From assembly GCA_963664705.1 (NCBI GenBank), contig OY761556.1:3040001-3104000 (forward strand): 64,000 nucleotides of DNA. The letters are read 5' to 3'. Positions 10,998-22,437 of the stretch are shown here, piece after piece. The stretch comes from Acidobacteriota bacterium (GTDB lineage: Bacteria; Acidobacteriota; UBA6911). The notes beneath the pieces are model-generated. The model searched no databases, was not told the origin of the DNA, and saw only the letters and a program-made list of their open reading frames with translations. The translations under genes were made by a program, and so were the position numbers. Numbering within the stretch: the stretch's first letter is position 1; the number at the start of each line of letters is the position of its first letter.

Positions 10998-12494
10998 ATG
11001 AAGGCTACAAACGCGGCCATTATGTTCGGATTCGTCCTCGTATTGTGTGCATCGATACGCTGCAGCTCCGCTCGCACATGGGAGGAGAAAGAGGTTCCTC
11101 TCAAACTGTATGTACCGGAGAGTAAACAATATACATTGCACAAGCCAGAACCGTGGAAAGTACAGGAAGAATCCAGGGACGATGCTTTCCGGATTCTGGT
11201 GTCTTCCGCTGACGGAAACTCCTTAGTTGACCTGTTTTGGGCCCGAAACGATCTGGGAAAACCGGATGCGCTCCGCCTTCTGTCAACCTACCAGGAATAT
11301 CTGGGCCGGAGGCACGCCGATGTAACGTTCAGCGAGGTATTTCTGTCTGCGGATTCATCCCGGGCCGTCGCGGCCGTCCGTTACCGGACCGGCCAATCCA
11401 TCATCAAAGGGCGCTATTTCTTTGAATCCAAACCCAAAGGATTATCCGTGCAAGGCTATTGTGCGCCGGAGAACCGCTTGACGGCGGAGCGATCATTGCT
11501 CCTCAATGTGATGGCAAGCATGGCTTTTTCCAAGACTCAGGCGAAAGGGAATCCTGCCCGCAGTTCCGCGGAATCTCAGCCTCAGTTCGTCCAACTGCCG
11601 TTGGTGCCGAAGCGGGCATCCGATGGCAGTCTTTCGATGAAAGTGCCGGCGGATTGGAAGTTCCTGGGAGGCGGCGGGAAGGTGGTCGCCAGTTCACCCG
11701 ACGGAGGAATGGGCGTCATGTTTACCACCTTCTCGGGCAATCCGTTTCTGAGGAATGCGCCGATCAGCCAAGGGGTGATTGGCTCCCAATACCTCCCACC
11801 GGCACAGACCTTGACCACAATATTCAATGGCTTTGGAAATAGGGGCGTTCGCATCCTTTCAGCACAAGCGGACCGCGCAACCGATCAACAGTTTTTGGCA
11901 ACCATCGGCCGGCGTTCCGAAACGCAGGATTTTATGGTCAGGTGGGATTCCCCCTCGGGGACTCCTTGTATCGGAGCCTTCAAGATGATAAATGCTCAGC
12001 CAAACGTGACGGGGCTTTGGTTCTGCATTGTGGCTGGGATATGGGGACCTGAAAAGGATTTTTACCGGTTCTATCCAATGCTTGAATCGATAGGATCGTC
12101 CTTTTCTATAAACGATCAGTTCGCCCGACAATATATCCAGGCAGGCCTGGAAAACCTGCGCCGTCTGCAGCAACAGACCATGGCTGCAATGCAAGATCTC
12201 AACCGGTCCCGGGAGCAAAATCAGAGTGCGTGGGAAGCCCGGCAGGAACGAAAGGAATTCATGGATTCCAATTGGGACGATTACTGGCGAGGCCATACTT
12301 ATTGGGTTTCGGCGCTGGAGGGCGGAAAAGTCTATAGTACCGACAACTGGGGTACGAGTGACAATGTTACAGGAGATTACCACGAAGGGGATGCCTACAA
12401 ATGGACCAATTTTGGCGGACAAAATCCGAACTACCCCTCTGAAAACATGCGGGAAGTAAGCGGTTATGAACTGAAGCAGCTTCAGATGAAATAA
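10998..12494 (+). CDS. exported hypothetical protein with C-terminal coiled coil
   Basis: AGGAGG SD; signal peptide; 498 aa ORF. Confidence 0.7.
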   Translation: MKATNAAIMFGFVLVLCASIRCSSARTWEEKEVPLKLYVPESKQYTLHKPEPWKVQEESRDDAFRILVSSADGNSLVDLFWARNDLGKPDALRLLSTYQEYLGRRHADVTFSEVFLSADSSRAVAAVRYRTGQSIIKGRYFFESKPKGLSVQGYCAPENRLTAERSLLLNVMASMAFSKTQAKGNPARSSAESQPQFVQLPLVPKRASDGSLSMKVPADWKFLGGGGKVVASSPDGGMGVMFTTFSGNPFLRNAPISQGVIGSQYLPPAQTLTTIFNGFGNRGVRILSAQADRATDQQFLATIGRRSETQDFMVRWDSPSGTPCIGAFKMINAQPNVTGLWFCIVAGIWGPEKDFYRFYPMLESIGSSFSINDQFARQYIQAGLENLRRLQQQTMAAMQDLNRSREQNQSAWEARQERKEFMDSNWDDYWRGHTYWVSALEGGKVYSTDNWGTSDNVTGDYHEGDAYKWTNFGGQNPNYPSENMREVSGYELKQLQMK

Positions 12495-12626
12495 TATCGG
12501 TATGTTGTGGCTGATTCGGTCAAGTCGGGAGAAGCAGTGCGGGAAGCCAGGAACCGGAAGCCATTGGACTTCGTCCAATGACACTTTGGAACCTGGCTTG
12601 ACCGATTCCAGAGAAAACCACAGACT

Positions 12627-15218
12627 TTATCTCTGTCGCGATTTGAACGCCGCCGCCTTTTCGCTTTCCTTCCCTGCCTCATAAAAAACAACGACGCGTT
12701 GCAGAGCCTCTCGCGTCCGCTCATGGTTTGAGCCCAGTGTTTTTTCCAACTGCTCATAGCTGGAAACCAGCACCGGTCCGGCTTCCGATCGGTTCCCTAA
12801 CTTGCCAAGGCATTCTGCCCAGATACTCTTCGAATTGACGACCAGCCAGTGTGTATCGGGCAGGACGCGGCGCCGCAATTGCAGGCTCTCCGCCAAATAG
12901 GGCAAGGCTTCGGAAGGACGATTCTCCGCCATCAGGCTTTTCCCGAGGATCTGAAGAGCCGCCGGAATCATGGGATGAATTTCCGGCAATGAAGTGCCTC
13001 TCATTGCCAGCACTTCCCGTGACAATCGACAGGCTTCGGGATAATCTCCCTTGTCGAACATCAGGTATGCATAATTCTGAAGAGTCCAGGCGACATCGGG
13101 ATGCCCCGCTCCCAGCAGTTTCCTGCGCAAATCGAGCACCTGCCTGAAAAGAGCTTCCGCCTCCGGATATTTTTTCAACGCCTCCTTGATGCTGGCCAGG
13201 TTGCTCATGGTGACGACAACCTCAAGATCTTCAATACCTCGGAGTGATTTGAGGATGGAAAGGGCCTCCTCATGCAAGCTTTCGGCTTCCGGGTACTTGC
13301 CGCGGGTACCCAGCACAATGGCCAGATTATTCAGGCTTTCAGCAACGTCCAGATGCCGGCTCCCCTCCAGTTTGCGGCGCAGGGCCAGGGAACGGCGGTG
13401 CAACTGCTCCGCCTGCTCGAAATCTCCCAGACGCAATCGCAAGGTCGCGAGCGTATCGGTCAGAGAAGCCGAGTCAAGGCTATCGGCTCCTGTCCTGGCT
13501 TCTACGAGGCGCAAGGCACGCCGGCATAAGGATTCCGCTGCCGCGGGATCCCCCCTCTCCATTGCAATAAGCGCAAGATGGTGAAGGTTCATTGCCACAT
13601 CGAGATTCTCGGGACCCAACAAGCGCTGCCGGATTTCGAGCGATCGCTGAATTTGCTGTTCCGCGAGGTCATACATTCCCAGACCCAGGTAAGCCAATCC
13701 CATGGTGGTACGGACTGCCGCCTCTGTAACGGGATCCGTTCGCAAATCCTGGCCGATGCGAAGGGATGCCTGATCGAGTAGAGAGGCTACGGTCACCTTC
13801 GGCCCACCGGTACGAGGATCCGCGGAACTGAGCATCTTCTGCAGAAAGCGAGTAACAGCCTCCGCCTTGGCGGCCTCCAACTGCGCATGATCCCGCTCCT
13901 GCCTGGCAATCCTCGCCTGACGCAAGGTGCCGATAATTCCTCCAGCCAGTGCCAGGATGACCATGGCGATAGCCAGAATCGGAATTGCGTTGCGATGAAA
14001 AAATTTGCCGGCACGATAGCCAAAGGTCGCAGCGCGCGCCTGAACGGGCAAACCCTCCAGGTGCCGCCTTATGTCCGAGGCGAATTGCTCTACCGACGAA
14101 TAACGTCGCCGGGACTCCTTGTGCATCGCCTTCAAGATGATATTGTCAAGATCGCCCCGCAGCTGCCGGCTCAACCGTCCTCCCGGCTCGCTTTTTGGCC
14201 CCTCAGCCTCCAGCATGTCTATAGCCCGATTTGAGTCGAGTGGCGCCTTGACCGCGAGGGAGCGCAAAACGGCGGTGCTGGGTTTTTCCGGCTCAACCTC
14301 CCCGATGATCCGAACGATTTCTGCCGGATTCCTGGTTTGCATCCGGTAAGGGGGACGGCCCGTAGCCAGTCTATAAAGCAAGATGCCCAGTGAATAAATG
14401 TCTGCGGTGGTATTAACCAATTCCCCGCGAGCCTGCTCCGGGCTCGAATAATCGGGTGTCATCATTAGCAGTCCAGGCTGGGTAGCCTGCGAATCGGCCG
14501 GACCAACTCCTGATGGAGTCACAAGTTTGGCAATTCCGAAATCCAGGAGTTTCGGTACTCCGCTGGGAGTCACCAAAATATTCCCGGGTTTCAAATCCCT
14601 ATGAATAACCAGATTCTGATGGGCAAACTGAACAGCGTCACAAACCTGCAAAAATAAATGCAGCTTTTCCGTCAGCGAAAGAACCTTTTCATCACAATAT
14701 TGGTTGATCGGAATCCCTTCCACGTATTCCATCACAAGGTAGGGAGAACCGTCACCAGTGCTGCCTCCATCCAACAGACGGGCGATATTGGGATGTTCCA
14801 GATTGGCCAGGATCTGCCGTTCGACCTGAAAACGCTCGAGGAGCATGTCATTGGCGCCACCGGGCCTCAACAGCTTGATGGCCACCTGTTTTTGATAGGC
14901 CTCATCGTCCCGTTCCGCAAGATAGACCATGCCCATTCCACCGCGGCCCAACTCGCGCACGATCCGGTACGGGCCAATCTGTCGGCCTACCCAGGCATTC
15001 CCTGACTTGTGTTCCAGAATCGCTACTCCATCGGGAGTGGCGGGATTTTCCAGGAATGAGCCCGATTTCCCCAGTGAAGCCAGCAAGGATTCCACCTCCA
15101 GGCGAAGCCGCGGATCACCATGGCAGGCCTGTTCAAGAAATGCGGCCTGCTGCGAAGGCGGAAGGAGCATGGCCTTCTGAAAAATGGCTTCAATCTCAGC
15201 CCAGGCGTCCATGTTCAT
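12627..15218 (-). CDS. membrane Ser/Thr protein kinase with TPR repeats
   Basis: LGRGGMGMVY, VAIK, HRDLKPGN, DFG; TM segment; multiple TPRs. Confidence 0.95.
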   Translation of the reverse strand: MNMDAWAEIEAIFQKAMLLPPSQQAAFLEQACHGDPRLRLEVESLLASLGKSGSFLENPATPDGVAILEHKSGNAWVGRQIGPYRIVRELGRGGMGMVYLAERDDEAYQKQVAIKLLRPGGANDMLLERFQVERQILANLEHPNIARLLDGGSTGDGSPYLVMEYVEGIPINQYCDEKVLSLTEKLHLFLQVCDAVQFAHQNLVIHRDLKPGNILVTPSGVPKLLDFGIAKLVTPSGVGPADSQATQPGLLMMTPDYSSPEQARGELVNTTADIYSLGILLYRLATGRPPYRMQTRNPAEIVRIIGEVEPEKPSTAVLRSLAVKAPLDSNRAIDMLEAEGPKSEPGGRLSRQLRGDLDNIILKAMHKESRRRYSSVEQFASDIRRHLEGLPVQARAATFGYRAGKFFHRNAIPILAIAMVILALAGGIIGTLRQARIARQERDHAQLEAAKAEAVTRFLQKMLSSADPRTGGPKVTVASLLDQASLRIGQDLRTDPVTEAAVRTTMGLAYLGLGMYDLAEQQIQRSLEIRQRLLGPENLDVAMNLHHLALIAMERGDPAAAESLCRRALRLVEARTGADSLDSASLTDTLATLRLRLGDFEQAEQLHRRSLALRRKLEGSRHLDVAESLNNLAIVLGTRGKYPEAESLHEEALSILKSLRGIEDLEVVVTMSNLASIKEALKKYPEAEALFRQVLDLRRKLLGAGHPDVAWTLQNYAYLMFDKGDYPEACRLSREVLAMRGTSLPEIHPMIPAALQILGKSLMAENRPSEALPYLAESLQLRRRVLPDTHWLVVNSKSIWAECLGKLGNRSEAGPVLVSSYEQLEKTLGSNHERTREALQRVVVFYEAGKESEKAAAFKSRQR

Positions 15219-15241
15219 GCCGGATGATCCTCTTCTTTGAA

Positions 15242-15823
15242 TTAGGAAACCGAAGTATTGCCTGAACTCATTTCCCGGTATAGCCAGGCTTTTGCCATAT
15301 TCCAATCCCGCAAAACGGTATTCGGCGAGATTCCAAGGGTTTCAGCTGTTTCTTCCAGCGTTAGGCCCGCAAAATATCGGAGTTCGACGACCCGGCATTT
15401 CCGAGGATCGATTTTTTCGAAGGCGGCGAGCGCATCGTTCAGAGCCAGAAGATCCGGGGATCCTTCATCAACCGCGACCATGCATTCATCCAGAGAAACA
15501 GGGCTGACCGCCCCTCCCCGTTTCTGGCGGCGCTTCTCCCGGGCGTGATCCACCAGGATCCGGCGCATCAATCGTGCAGCAATGGCCATAAAGTGCCCCC
15601 GGTTTTCCCAGTGAATGTTTTTCTGGTTCACAAGTTTGAGATACGCCTCATTAATCAAGGCGCTGGTTTGCAGCGTGTGGCCCGGATTTTCGTGGCTCAT
15701 GCAACGGGAGGCGAGCTTGTGCAACTCCTGATACACGATTGGGATCAGTCGTTCCAAGGCGTCTTCATCGCCCATTTCCCAGCTTTGAAAGAGGAGCGTT
15801 AGATCTTGAGAAGGGATATCCAT
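15242..15823 (-). CDS. ECF sigma factor of the Ser/Thr-kinase-associated type
   Basis: HTLQTSALINEAYLKL and RRILVDHAR motifs; directly upstream of the kinase. Confidence 0.92.
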   Translation of the reverse strand: MDIPSQDLTLLFQSWEMGDEDALERLIPIVYQELHKLASRCMSHENPGHTLQTSALINEAYLKLVNQKNIHWENRGHFMAIAARLMRRILVDHAREKRRQKRGGAVSPVSLDECMVAVDEGSPDLLALNDALAAFEKIDPRKCRVVELRYFAGLTLEETAETLGISPNTVLRDWNMAKAWLYREMSSGNTSVS

Positions 15824-16233
15824 GCGTCAGCCCTCTGTCTAATTCTGCAATTGTGCGCGGCCGCTCAAGTCTAACAAAAAATAGCACCAAAATATATTGG
15901 CAAGGCTCTCCACGAAAACAGCTGGATGGCGCTGGGAAATCCGCGATCACACAGTCATAGTCTGCGGTCGGATAGGTTATAGGATCTTTGCCACAGACTC
16001 TTGATCGTCTTACGGGAATATCATGAGATGAGGTATTCGATGGTAGCTGAGGGTTTCCTGTTGGCTGGCGGCGCAGCGGTAAGGGCGCAGTAAAATGCAC
16101 TTCCAAACTGATTCATGATCGTTTGCGATTCGACCAACTCCGGGGTCGCACTGCCGCCAATGCCTGGCGGCAGTTGTTCCGATGCATTAACGGGCAGTTG
16201 GACAAACTCAATGCACGCCAATCTAACTACTTT

Positions 16234-17220
16234 TCACTGCAACCGGAAAGAGGCCACAATATCCTCAAAAACCGATTTCAGGTTCGAAAACTGGGAGGAC
16301 GGGCTTGTCAGCGTCAAAAAGCAAACCTGGTTTTTTACATAGGTAATATACATCCAGTCGACTTCCTTCTCCCGGGGTATCGGGGACTCTCCTTCCATAC
16401 TGATGAATTCGGCCGGCTGACCTCCCAGCGTCGTGGAACGACGATCAAGGATTCGCAATCCCGGATTCAACTCAACAAAGTTCTGGACCTGGTTATCAGC
16501 AGCCTTTTTCAGGTCGTTTGCGCCTTTATCTTCGTAACCCACTATCATTCCCAGCAGAATGGAGGTAACCCCTTCGGCGTTTCTTTGCCTTCCATCAGGG
16601 GCTGAAAAGTATGTGACGCGCCGGCTCGGAGACAGGGTGCTGGTCCAATTGGAAGGAATCGAAACGGCAAATCCATTGCCACGAAATGGAAGCATCGACC
16701 AGCCGGGCAATGTCACCGATGTCTTGGTCGGTTGAGAAACCGCGTTGACCGCCGGAGGTTTTTGGTTCGGAATAGCACCGGATGCTCCGGCCAGCCGGAC
16801 TTCAACCGTCTTGGGCCGCCCCGACTTAATAAGCATTATCGCAATGGTATCGCCCGGGGAAAACTTGCTCATGCGCTGAACCATTTCAGGGCTATTGCGG
16901 ATGGGAGTATTGTCAATGACCGCGATCACATCGCCGATCTGAATGCCAGCCTGCGCCGCGGGACCGCCCGGCTGCAACTGTATGACCATAACTCCCTGCA
17001 TATTGGTCAATCCATTTTGGCCCAAATCCATGGGAGTAATATCCCGAACCTGCACTCCAAGCACAGCCGGGTTTCCAGGAGCAGGGGTGTCTCCGGCCCA
17101 TGAGGCAAAGGGGCATGTACATAGCCAAAGTACGATCAAAGTCAAAAAACAGGTGAATCTTGTCAAGCCCGGAAGAGCCAGCGGATTCCCTTCTTGAGAT
17201 TGCCTGTGATCTCTTAACAT
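16234..17220 (-). CDS. exported PDZ-domain protein with a PsbP-like C-terminal domain
   Basis: LGVQV...GGPAAQAGIQIGDVI PDZ motif; FAVSIPSNW...FEDIVASFRL. Confidence 0.75.
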   Translation of the reverse strand: MLRDHRQSQEGNPLALPGLTRFTCFLTLIVLWLCTCPFASWAGDTPAPGNPAVLGVQVRDITPMDLGQNGLTNMQGVMVIQLQPGGPAAQAGIQIGDVIAVIDNTPIRNSPEMVQRMSKFSPGDTIAIMLIKSGRPKTVEVRLAGASGAIPNQKPPAVNAVSQPTKTSVTLPGWSMLPFRGNGFAVSIPSNWTSTLSPSRRVTYFSAPDGRQRNAEGVTSILLGMIVGYEDKGANDLKKAADNQVQNFVELNPGLRILDRRSTTLGGQPAEFISMEGESPIPREKEVDWMYITYVKNQVCFLTLTSPSSQFSNLKSVFEDIVASFRLQ

Positions 17221-17369
17221 CGATGCCCCCGATCTTTCATTCTGAGAGTTGCATTTGAGGAAAAGGACTGTTCGGCCTGGCGCTTCAATATGATCTGACC
17301 GGCCATTATCCAATTTTTTACTTATCAACCATGAGGCCGCCGGGCCCCATGCAGGAACCGTAAATTGCT

Positions 17370-17933
17370 TCAAGGTTGATACTCGAGCAATTCGAATTTT
17401 GTAACTCCATTGTCGATGATCATTCCTGTCCATCCGGGGATGTCCCGACAGATATAAACACGGCGGGTGAACGAGGGCGCATCATCCTTCCCTTCCTCAG
17501 TGCGCTTGTGAACCTCATAATTCCAGGTACGCCCGGAAATCGTCAGCTGCACCGTCTTTTCCAGAGGGCCGATTTCTTCCATCATTTTCTTCCTTACGGC
17601 ATCCGCAATATAGCGCGGCCGGACAGCGGAGGAAGTGGAACTCGTCCCGTTCTCCAAAACGGTAACTTTGACGTTGGCCTGTTCATCCGTCAGAGAAACG
17701 ACCTCCTCGGTCACCTCCCGGGTTCGCTTGGGCGAATAGGGAGACAATTGCTCGGTTTGCCGAAAACGGACTTTAGTCCCAACTTTGGCAGTAAAATAGG
17801 GGCCGGGGACCTTTGGACCCTCACCCTGCCCGAATGCCAGAGAAACAACCAGGAAACACCAGAAGGTCAGGGCCGTTCTTTTCGAAAACCGGTTAAATAA
17901 TGAGCTGATTTGCACCGTCAGTTGGACGCACAT
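17370..17933 (-). CDS. exported hypothetical protein
   Basis: hydrophobic signal-like segment ending SLAFG; 187 aa. Confidence 0.6.
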   Translation of the reverse strand: MCVQLTVQISSLFNRFSKRTALTFWCFLVVSLAFGQGEGPKVPGPYFTAKVGTKVRFRQTEQLSPYSPKRTREVTEEVVSLTDEQANVKVTVLENGTSSTSSAVRPRYIADAVRKKMMEEIGPLEKTVQLTISGRTWNYEVHKRTEEGKDDAPSFTRRVYICRDIPGWTGMIIDNGVTKFELLEYQP

Positions 17934-18374
17934 GAAATGCTCCTTTTTGCATAAATTTGAGAGTACCAAGTCCGCATGATTGGCATGGCCGAGCGATTCT
18001 CCGATTTCATTTCATTGGCTTCTGGAACCGGAAACAGCGGCGTTCAACCTCTATACGCGGCTTTCCTGGGAAAATCCCACCATCCTTTACAAAGTTTTTT
18101 TACATTAATGGAGGGGCAAACCAATACAGCCTGGGGCTGGAACGCCCGAATCTCTGCGGGAGATTCAGGCACCCATTCCACAATCGAACTGCGGCCAAAT
18201 CAGCATTGGAAAGCGTAAAACAGGCCTTGGCAGGTTTGTTGCAGGGCAATGCGGGCATCAAAGGCTCAAAATCCTGAACAGATCTCAACCATTCGCTTCC
18301 GGCATCACCAAATACAGAACTACGCTGAGCTTATGGAACTTATGTGCCTCCTTAAAAAGCGTTCAATTCAGCCT

Positions 18375-19127
18375 TTATCTGAGTTTCATAGTGAAGGAAA
18401 AACTGCGATTGCGGTTGTCGCATCCTGTGCCCTCGATGGAACCGAAACCCATTCCGTGCCCGATGAAATTGGCGCGATATCCGGTATTGTCCGTCATCAA
18501 GGCTTCAAAAACGCTTCCGTTCATCTGACCTCTAAATTCAGGGCCTCCAGCGGGGTTCATGTTTCTGCCTGTAAAGATGCCATTGAGGGAAGGAATGCGA
18601 AATGTGTGATAGGACCGCGCCAGGTCGGCGCTGTTGATCACGACTATGTCCCACAGATCGCCCGATCCATTGAGATTATCATTCCCATTATTGATTCGCC
18701 CCGAATTGTCTCGCCCTGTGTCCCTGGGTATATCCGGTCGGCCCTTCTCTCCGCCGAATCCGCCCTGGTTGCCGCCATCATCCAGACCGGCAGTCTGGCC
18801 GGAACCTCCCGGACACTTTTTTAGATCATCTTCCATTAGCTTGATATTGGCATCGATGCTCGTACCCACAGAGTTCTTGCACCGGCCGTAATGCCAGGCT
18901 TTGTCGGTATCCATCAATTGAGGGGCATAATCTAACTTTTTTTGACATTGTCGATCCTGCCATTCCTTCGCTATCTTGACGGCTTTATCCGCATAGGTCT
19001 GGCAGGCATTTTCCAGTTCTGCGCCCGAAAGAATCCTCTGGGCAAAAAGATCCGCGCTATTGCAAAGCCCCAGCCAGACGGCAAACGCCAACAAACATAT
19101 GTGCGCTGTTTCTCGATTCATCTTCAT
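18375..19127 (-). CDS. exported Cys-containing hypothetical protein
   Basis: GAGG SD; signal peptide; several Cys; G/N-rich linker. Confidence 0.65.
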   Translation of the reverse strand: MKMNRETAHICLLAFAVWLGLCNSADLFAQRILSGAELENACQTYADKAVKIAKEWQDRQCQKKLDYAPQLMDTDKAWHYGRCKNSVGTSIDANIKLMEDDLKKCPGGSGQTAGLDDGGNQGGFGGEKGRPDIPRDTGRDNSGRINNGNDNLNGSGDLWDIVVINSADLARSYHTFRIPSLNGIFTGRNMNPAGGPEFRGQMNGSVFEALMTDNTGYRANFIGHGMGFGSIEGTGCDNRNRSFSFTMKLR

Positions 19128-19605
19128 AGTTCCTCTTTAAATTCGGGCTATTTGGGGGACATCTTCGGTGTCCAGCTAGCCAGAATATCGGCCCTGTATG
19201 TCAGTCCATTAGCTAAATTCCTCCTATTCCGGATCAAGGTTAAGGAAGTCCGTTTAAAAACCGCTACTATTCACTACTTGCTGAGCCATAAACGTGCAGG
19301 ACTGGAGCAAGACAGTCTCCGCATGGTCTCACATACAGGCAAGGATTGCGGATCCTCATCAAGAAAGACCTCCTGAGACGGCACACAGAGAGTTCGTTGT
19401 GCGAATCTCTTAAAGCCGGCCAAGGCTGCATCCTTTTTTGGACTTGCTTGGCTAAGGTCAAAATAATAGGCTTCATTCATCGGAGTAATCAGGTGCTTCT
19501 GTCCGCGGTGGATCGGTGGGATCCTCCGTGAGCACGCAGAGATACTCCTGATACAGACGGCCGCCATAAAGAAGTCCGCGACAAAAGTACTGCAGAGGAA
19601 ATCGG

Positions 19606-21999
19606 ATGACCGATCAGGATATCAGCCAAAACTCAGGCAGGCGAAAATGGACATTTCTTGAATTTAACGTTCTCTCGTACTGGACGGGAAGATACGGGCT
19701 TACGGCTCTTGCCGTAGCGGCCTCCGCTGTGCTGCGATGGTTCATGCCGGACGTGCTCAGCCGCGCACCGTATCTCGGTTTTTACCCAGCGGTTGTTGTG
19801 GCCGCAATCCTGGGAGGAGTTGGTCCCGGCTTAGCCGCAACGTTCGGCTCAATGCTGCTGGTTAATTTTGTCTTTGTTCAATTCGATTTTCTTGATTACG
19901 GACTCCAGATGCGAAACGTGATCTGGATCCTCGGGGGCATCGGTGTCAGTGTCCTTGCCGGGAGGTTAAGACATGCGCACGAAGAGCTGCACCAGTTCAA
20001 CATGCAATTGGAGCAGCGCATGGCTGAGCAAAAGCTCGCGGAGGAAGCATTGCGTGCGAGCGAGGAGCGATTTAGAGTTGCGCAGGAATTATCGCCGGAC
20101 GGATTCACGATTTTCCGGCCATTTCGTGACGAGCAGGGTCGTGTCCTCGATTTCACTTGGATCTATGAAAATGAAGCGATCGCTCGTCTAAATGGTACAG
20201 AACCGAAAGCGGTAATCGGGCGTCGACTTCTGGAGATTATCCCCAGTCACGCCGGTTCACCTTTCCATAGAGCATACCAGCAGGTGGCGGAGACGCATCA
20301 GCCATGCGTTCTGGAAGCACCCTTCCATGGGGAGACGATGGCGGAGGAAAAATGGTTCCGGGTTGCAGTAGTGCCCAGCGGACAAGACATTGCTATTCTT
20401 GCGCAAGATGTTACCGCCCGCAAATCCGCGGAAGCGGCTCTGCATCAGAGTGAGCAGCGATTTCGCCTAGCTTTGCGCAATGCACCTGTCTCGGTAGGTG
20501 TGCAGGATCGCAATCTCCGCTACATCTGGGCTTATAACGTGCGCACGGCGCGGATAGAAGACGTTATAGGGCACACTGATGCGGACCTGTTCTCTCCGGA
20601 CGAAACCGCCCATCTCACGACGATGAAACGGCGTGTCATGGAGGAGGATATTGAGCTGCAGGAGCAGCTTTGGTTGACTCGGCCGAGCGGGCGCTTTTTT
20701 CTCGGCACGTACTGGGAACCCATCCATGATGCGGCCGGGCAGGTTGTCGGCGTCGGAAGCGCCACCGTCGACCTGACAGCTATCAAACTTGCTGAAGAAA
20801 AGCTGGCCAAAGCAAACGAAGAACTGGAGCAGCGCGTTACCGAGCGAACTGCTGAGCTGGCCCACCGAGCCACGCAGCTTCGGGCTCTTGCCGCAGAGCT
20901 TACTCTTTCCGAGCAGCGGGAGCGAAGCCGCCTGGCAAAGGTCCTGCATGATCATCTGCAGCAATTGCTTGTCGGAGCCAAGTTCCGTCTGGCAATCATT
21001 GAAAAAGCCTCAGAGGATCTGATCAGGAAGGCACTCAAAGAAGTCGAAGACCTGCTCGATGAATCCATCGCTGTTTCCCGTGATCTTACCGCTGAACTCA
21101 ATCCTCCCATATTGCAGGAGTCAGGACTCAACGCCGGACTCCAATGGCTGGTCCGTCGTATGGCGGATAAGCATGGCCTTTTTGTCGACCTCGAACTGGA
21201 GGAGGGCGGCCCAATTCCTGAGCAACTGAGAATCTTTCTATTCGACTCGATCCGCGAGCTTCTGTTCAATATCGTAAAGCATGCGCATACGAGTTCAGCC
21301 GCTCTCAGTTTGCGCCATGTTGACGATCATCTGCAGGTCACAATTTCGGATCCGGGGGTTGGCTTTGATCCAGCCACAATGCCGGCTGCAGGCGGCGGAG
21401 TGGGATACGGACTCTTCAGCATTCGTGAGCGGCTGGAGACCTTGGGGGGCCGCTTGCAGATTCAAAGCACCCCAGGCGAAGGAAGCCGGATGGTTTTGTC
21501 TGTTCCCGTCGCTCCCATCGGGAAGATAGAGCCGCAATTTCGGGAAATTCCGGAACGGCCGGGAGTTCAGCCTATCCTATCCGATGGTTCCATATCCGGG
21601 CGGAAGATCCGTGTATTGCTGGCTGACGATCACACGATCGTCCGGCAAGGATTTGCAAATATGCTCAGGTCTGAACCGGACCTTGATGTTATCGGTCAGG
21701 CCGCTGATGGCCAGGAAGCGGTTGAGATGGCTCTCAAACTCTTGCCCGACGTTATCCTCATGGACATAAGCATGCCCAAACTCAGCGGAATCGAGGCAAC
21801 ACGTGATATTTTTCGGGAACATCCCGAGATTGCTATATTGGGGCTATCCATGTTTGAAGAGCCCGATACCGCTCAAGCCATGCGTGACGCCGGCGCGGTG
21901 GATTACCTGACAAAAAGCGGACCTGCAGACGGGCTGATCAATGCCATAAGGAAGGCTATCCATTTTCCAGGCGCCAAACAGCGCGTGCCGATTAAGTGA
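19606..21999 (+). CDS. hybrid sensor histidine kinase (membrane sensor, 2 PAS, HisKA_3/HATPase, C-terminal NarL-type receiver)
   Basis: ERSRLAKVLHDHLQQ H-box, DPGVGF, VLLADDH...ILMDISMP receiver. Confidence 0.92.
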   Translation: MTDQDISQNSGRRKWTFLEFNVLSYWTGRYGLTALAVAASAVLRWFMPDVLSRAPYLGFYPAVVVAAILGGVGPGLAATFGSMLLVNFVFVQFDFLDYGLQMRNVIWILGGIGVSVLAGRLRHAHEELHQFNMQLEQRMAEQKLAEEALRASEERFRVAQELSPDGFTIFRPFRDEQGRVLDFTWIYENEAIARLNGTEPKAVIGRRLLEIIPSHAGSPFHRAYQQVAETHQPCVLEAPFHGETMAEEKWFRVAVVPSGQDIAILAQDVTARKSAEAALHQSEQRFRLALRNAPVSVGVQDRNLRYIWAYNVRTARIEDVIGHTDADLFSPDETAHLTTMKRRVMEEDIELQEQLWLTRPSGRFFLGTYWEPIHDAAGQVVGVGSATVDLTAIKLAEEKLAKANEELEQRVTERTAELAHRATQLRALAAELTLSEQRERSRLAKVLHDHLQQLLVGAKFRLAIIEKASEDLIRKALKEVEDLLDESIAVSRDLTAELNPPILQESGLNAGLQWLVRRMADKHGLFVDLELEEGGPIPEQLRIFLFDSIRELLFNIVKHAHTSSAALSLRHVDDHLQVTISDPGVGFDPATMPAAGGGVGYGLFSIRERLETLGGRLQIQSTPGEGSRMVLSVPVAPIGKIEPQFREIPERPGVQPILSDGSISGRKIRVLLADDHTIVRQGFANMLRSEPDLDVIGQAADGQEAVEMALKLLPDVILMDISMPKLSGIEATRDIFREHPEIAILGLSMFEEPDTAQAMRDAGAVDYLTKSGPADGLINAIRKAIHFPGAKQRVPIK

Positions 22000-22437
22000 T
22001 CGATGGAGGAAGCCTATCGCGCACGAACCTGCACGGATCCATCAATACTTGAGGTACATTTTGCCAGGCAGCGTGCCCTGCCAGGACTGCCTACCGCAAA
22101 TTGAACATCGGTTCTGACTGGCATAGTTTGTCCTCGCTTGTGGCAATCTTTCCACACTCGCGACAAAAGTAAGCCGGATAGTTTGCCAGGATTTTCAATT
22201 CTTCAAAATCCGAGGCGCGAGGGAACGGACAGACCTTTTCATCAGACTGTTTTCTTTCCGACATCGATCACCTCAATTCCCGAAACCTTTCAGGAATATA
22301 AAATCGGATTTCACGTTGGTCAATTGCAGTACTGCTTGGCTGATGTATGTGCCTGAATTCCGGATACATTCGTCCAGGCAAAACTATATCTAGTCACCGG
22401 AGCAAGGCTCCAGAGCACAGCCCTCTCAATTCAATGG

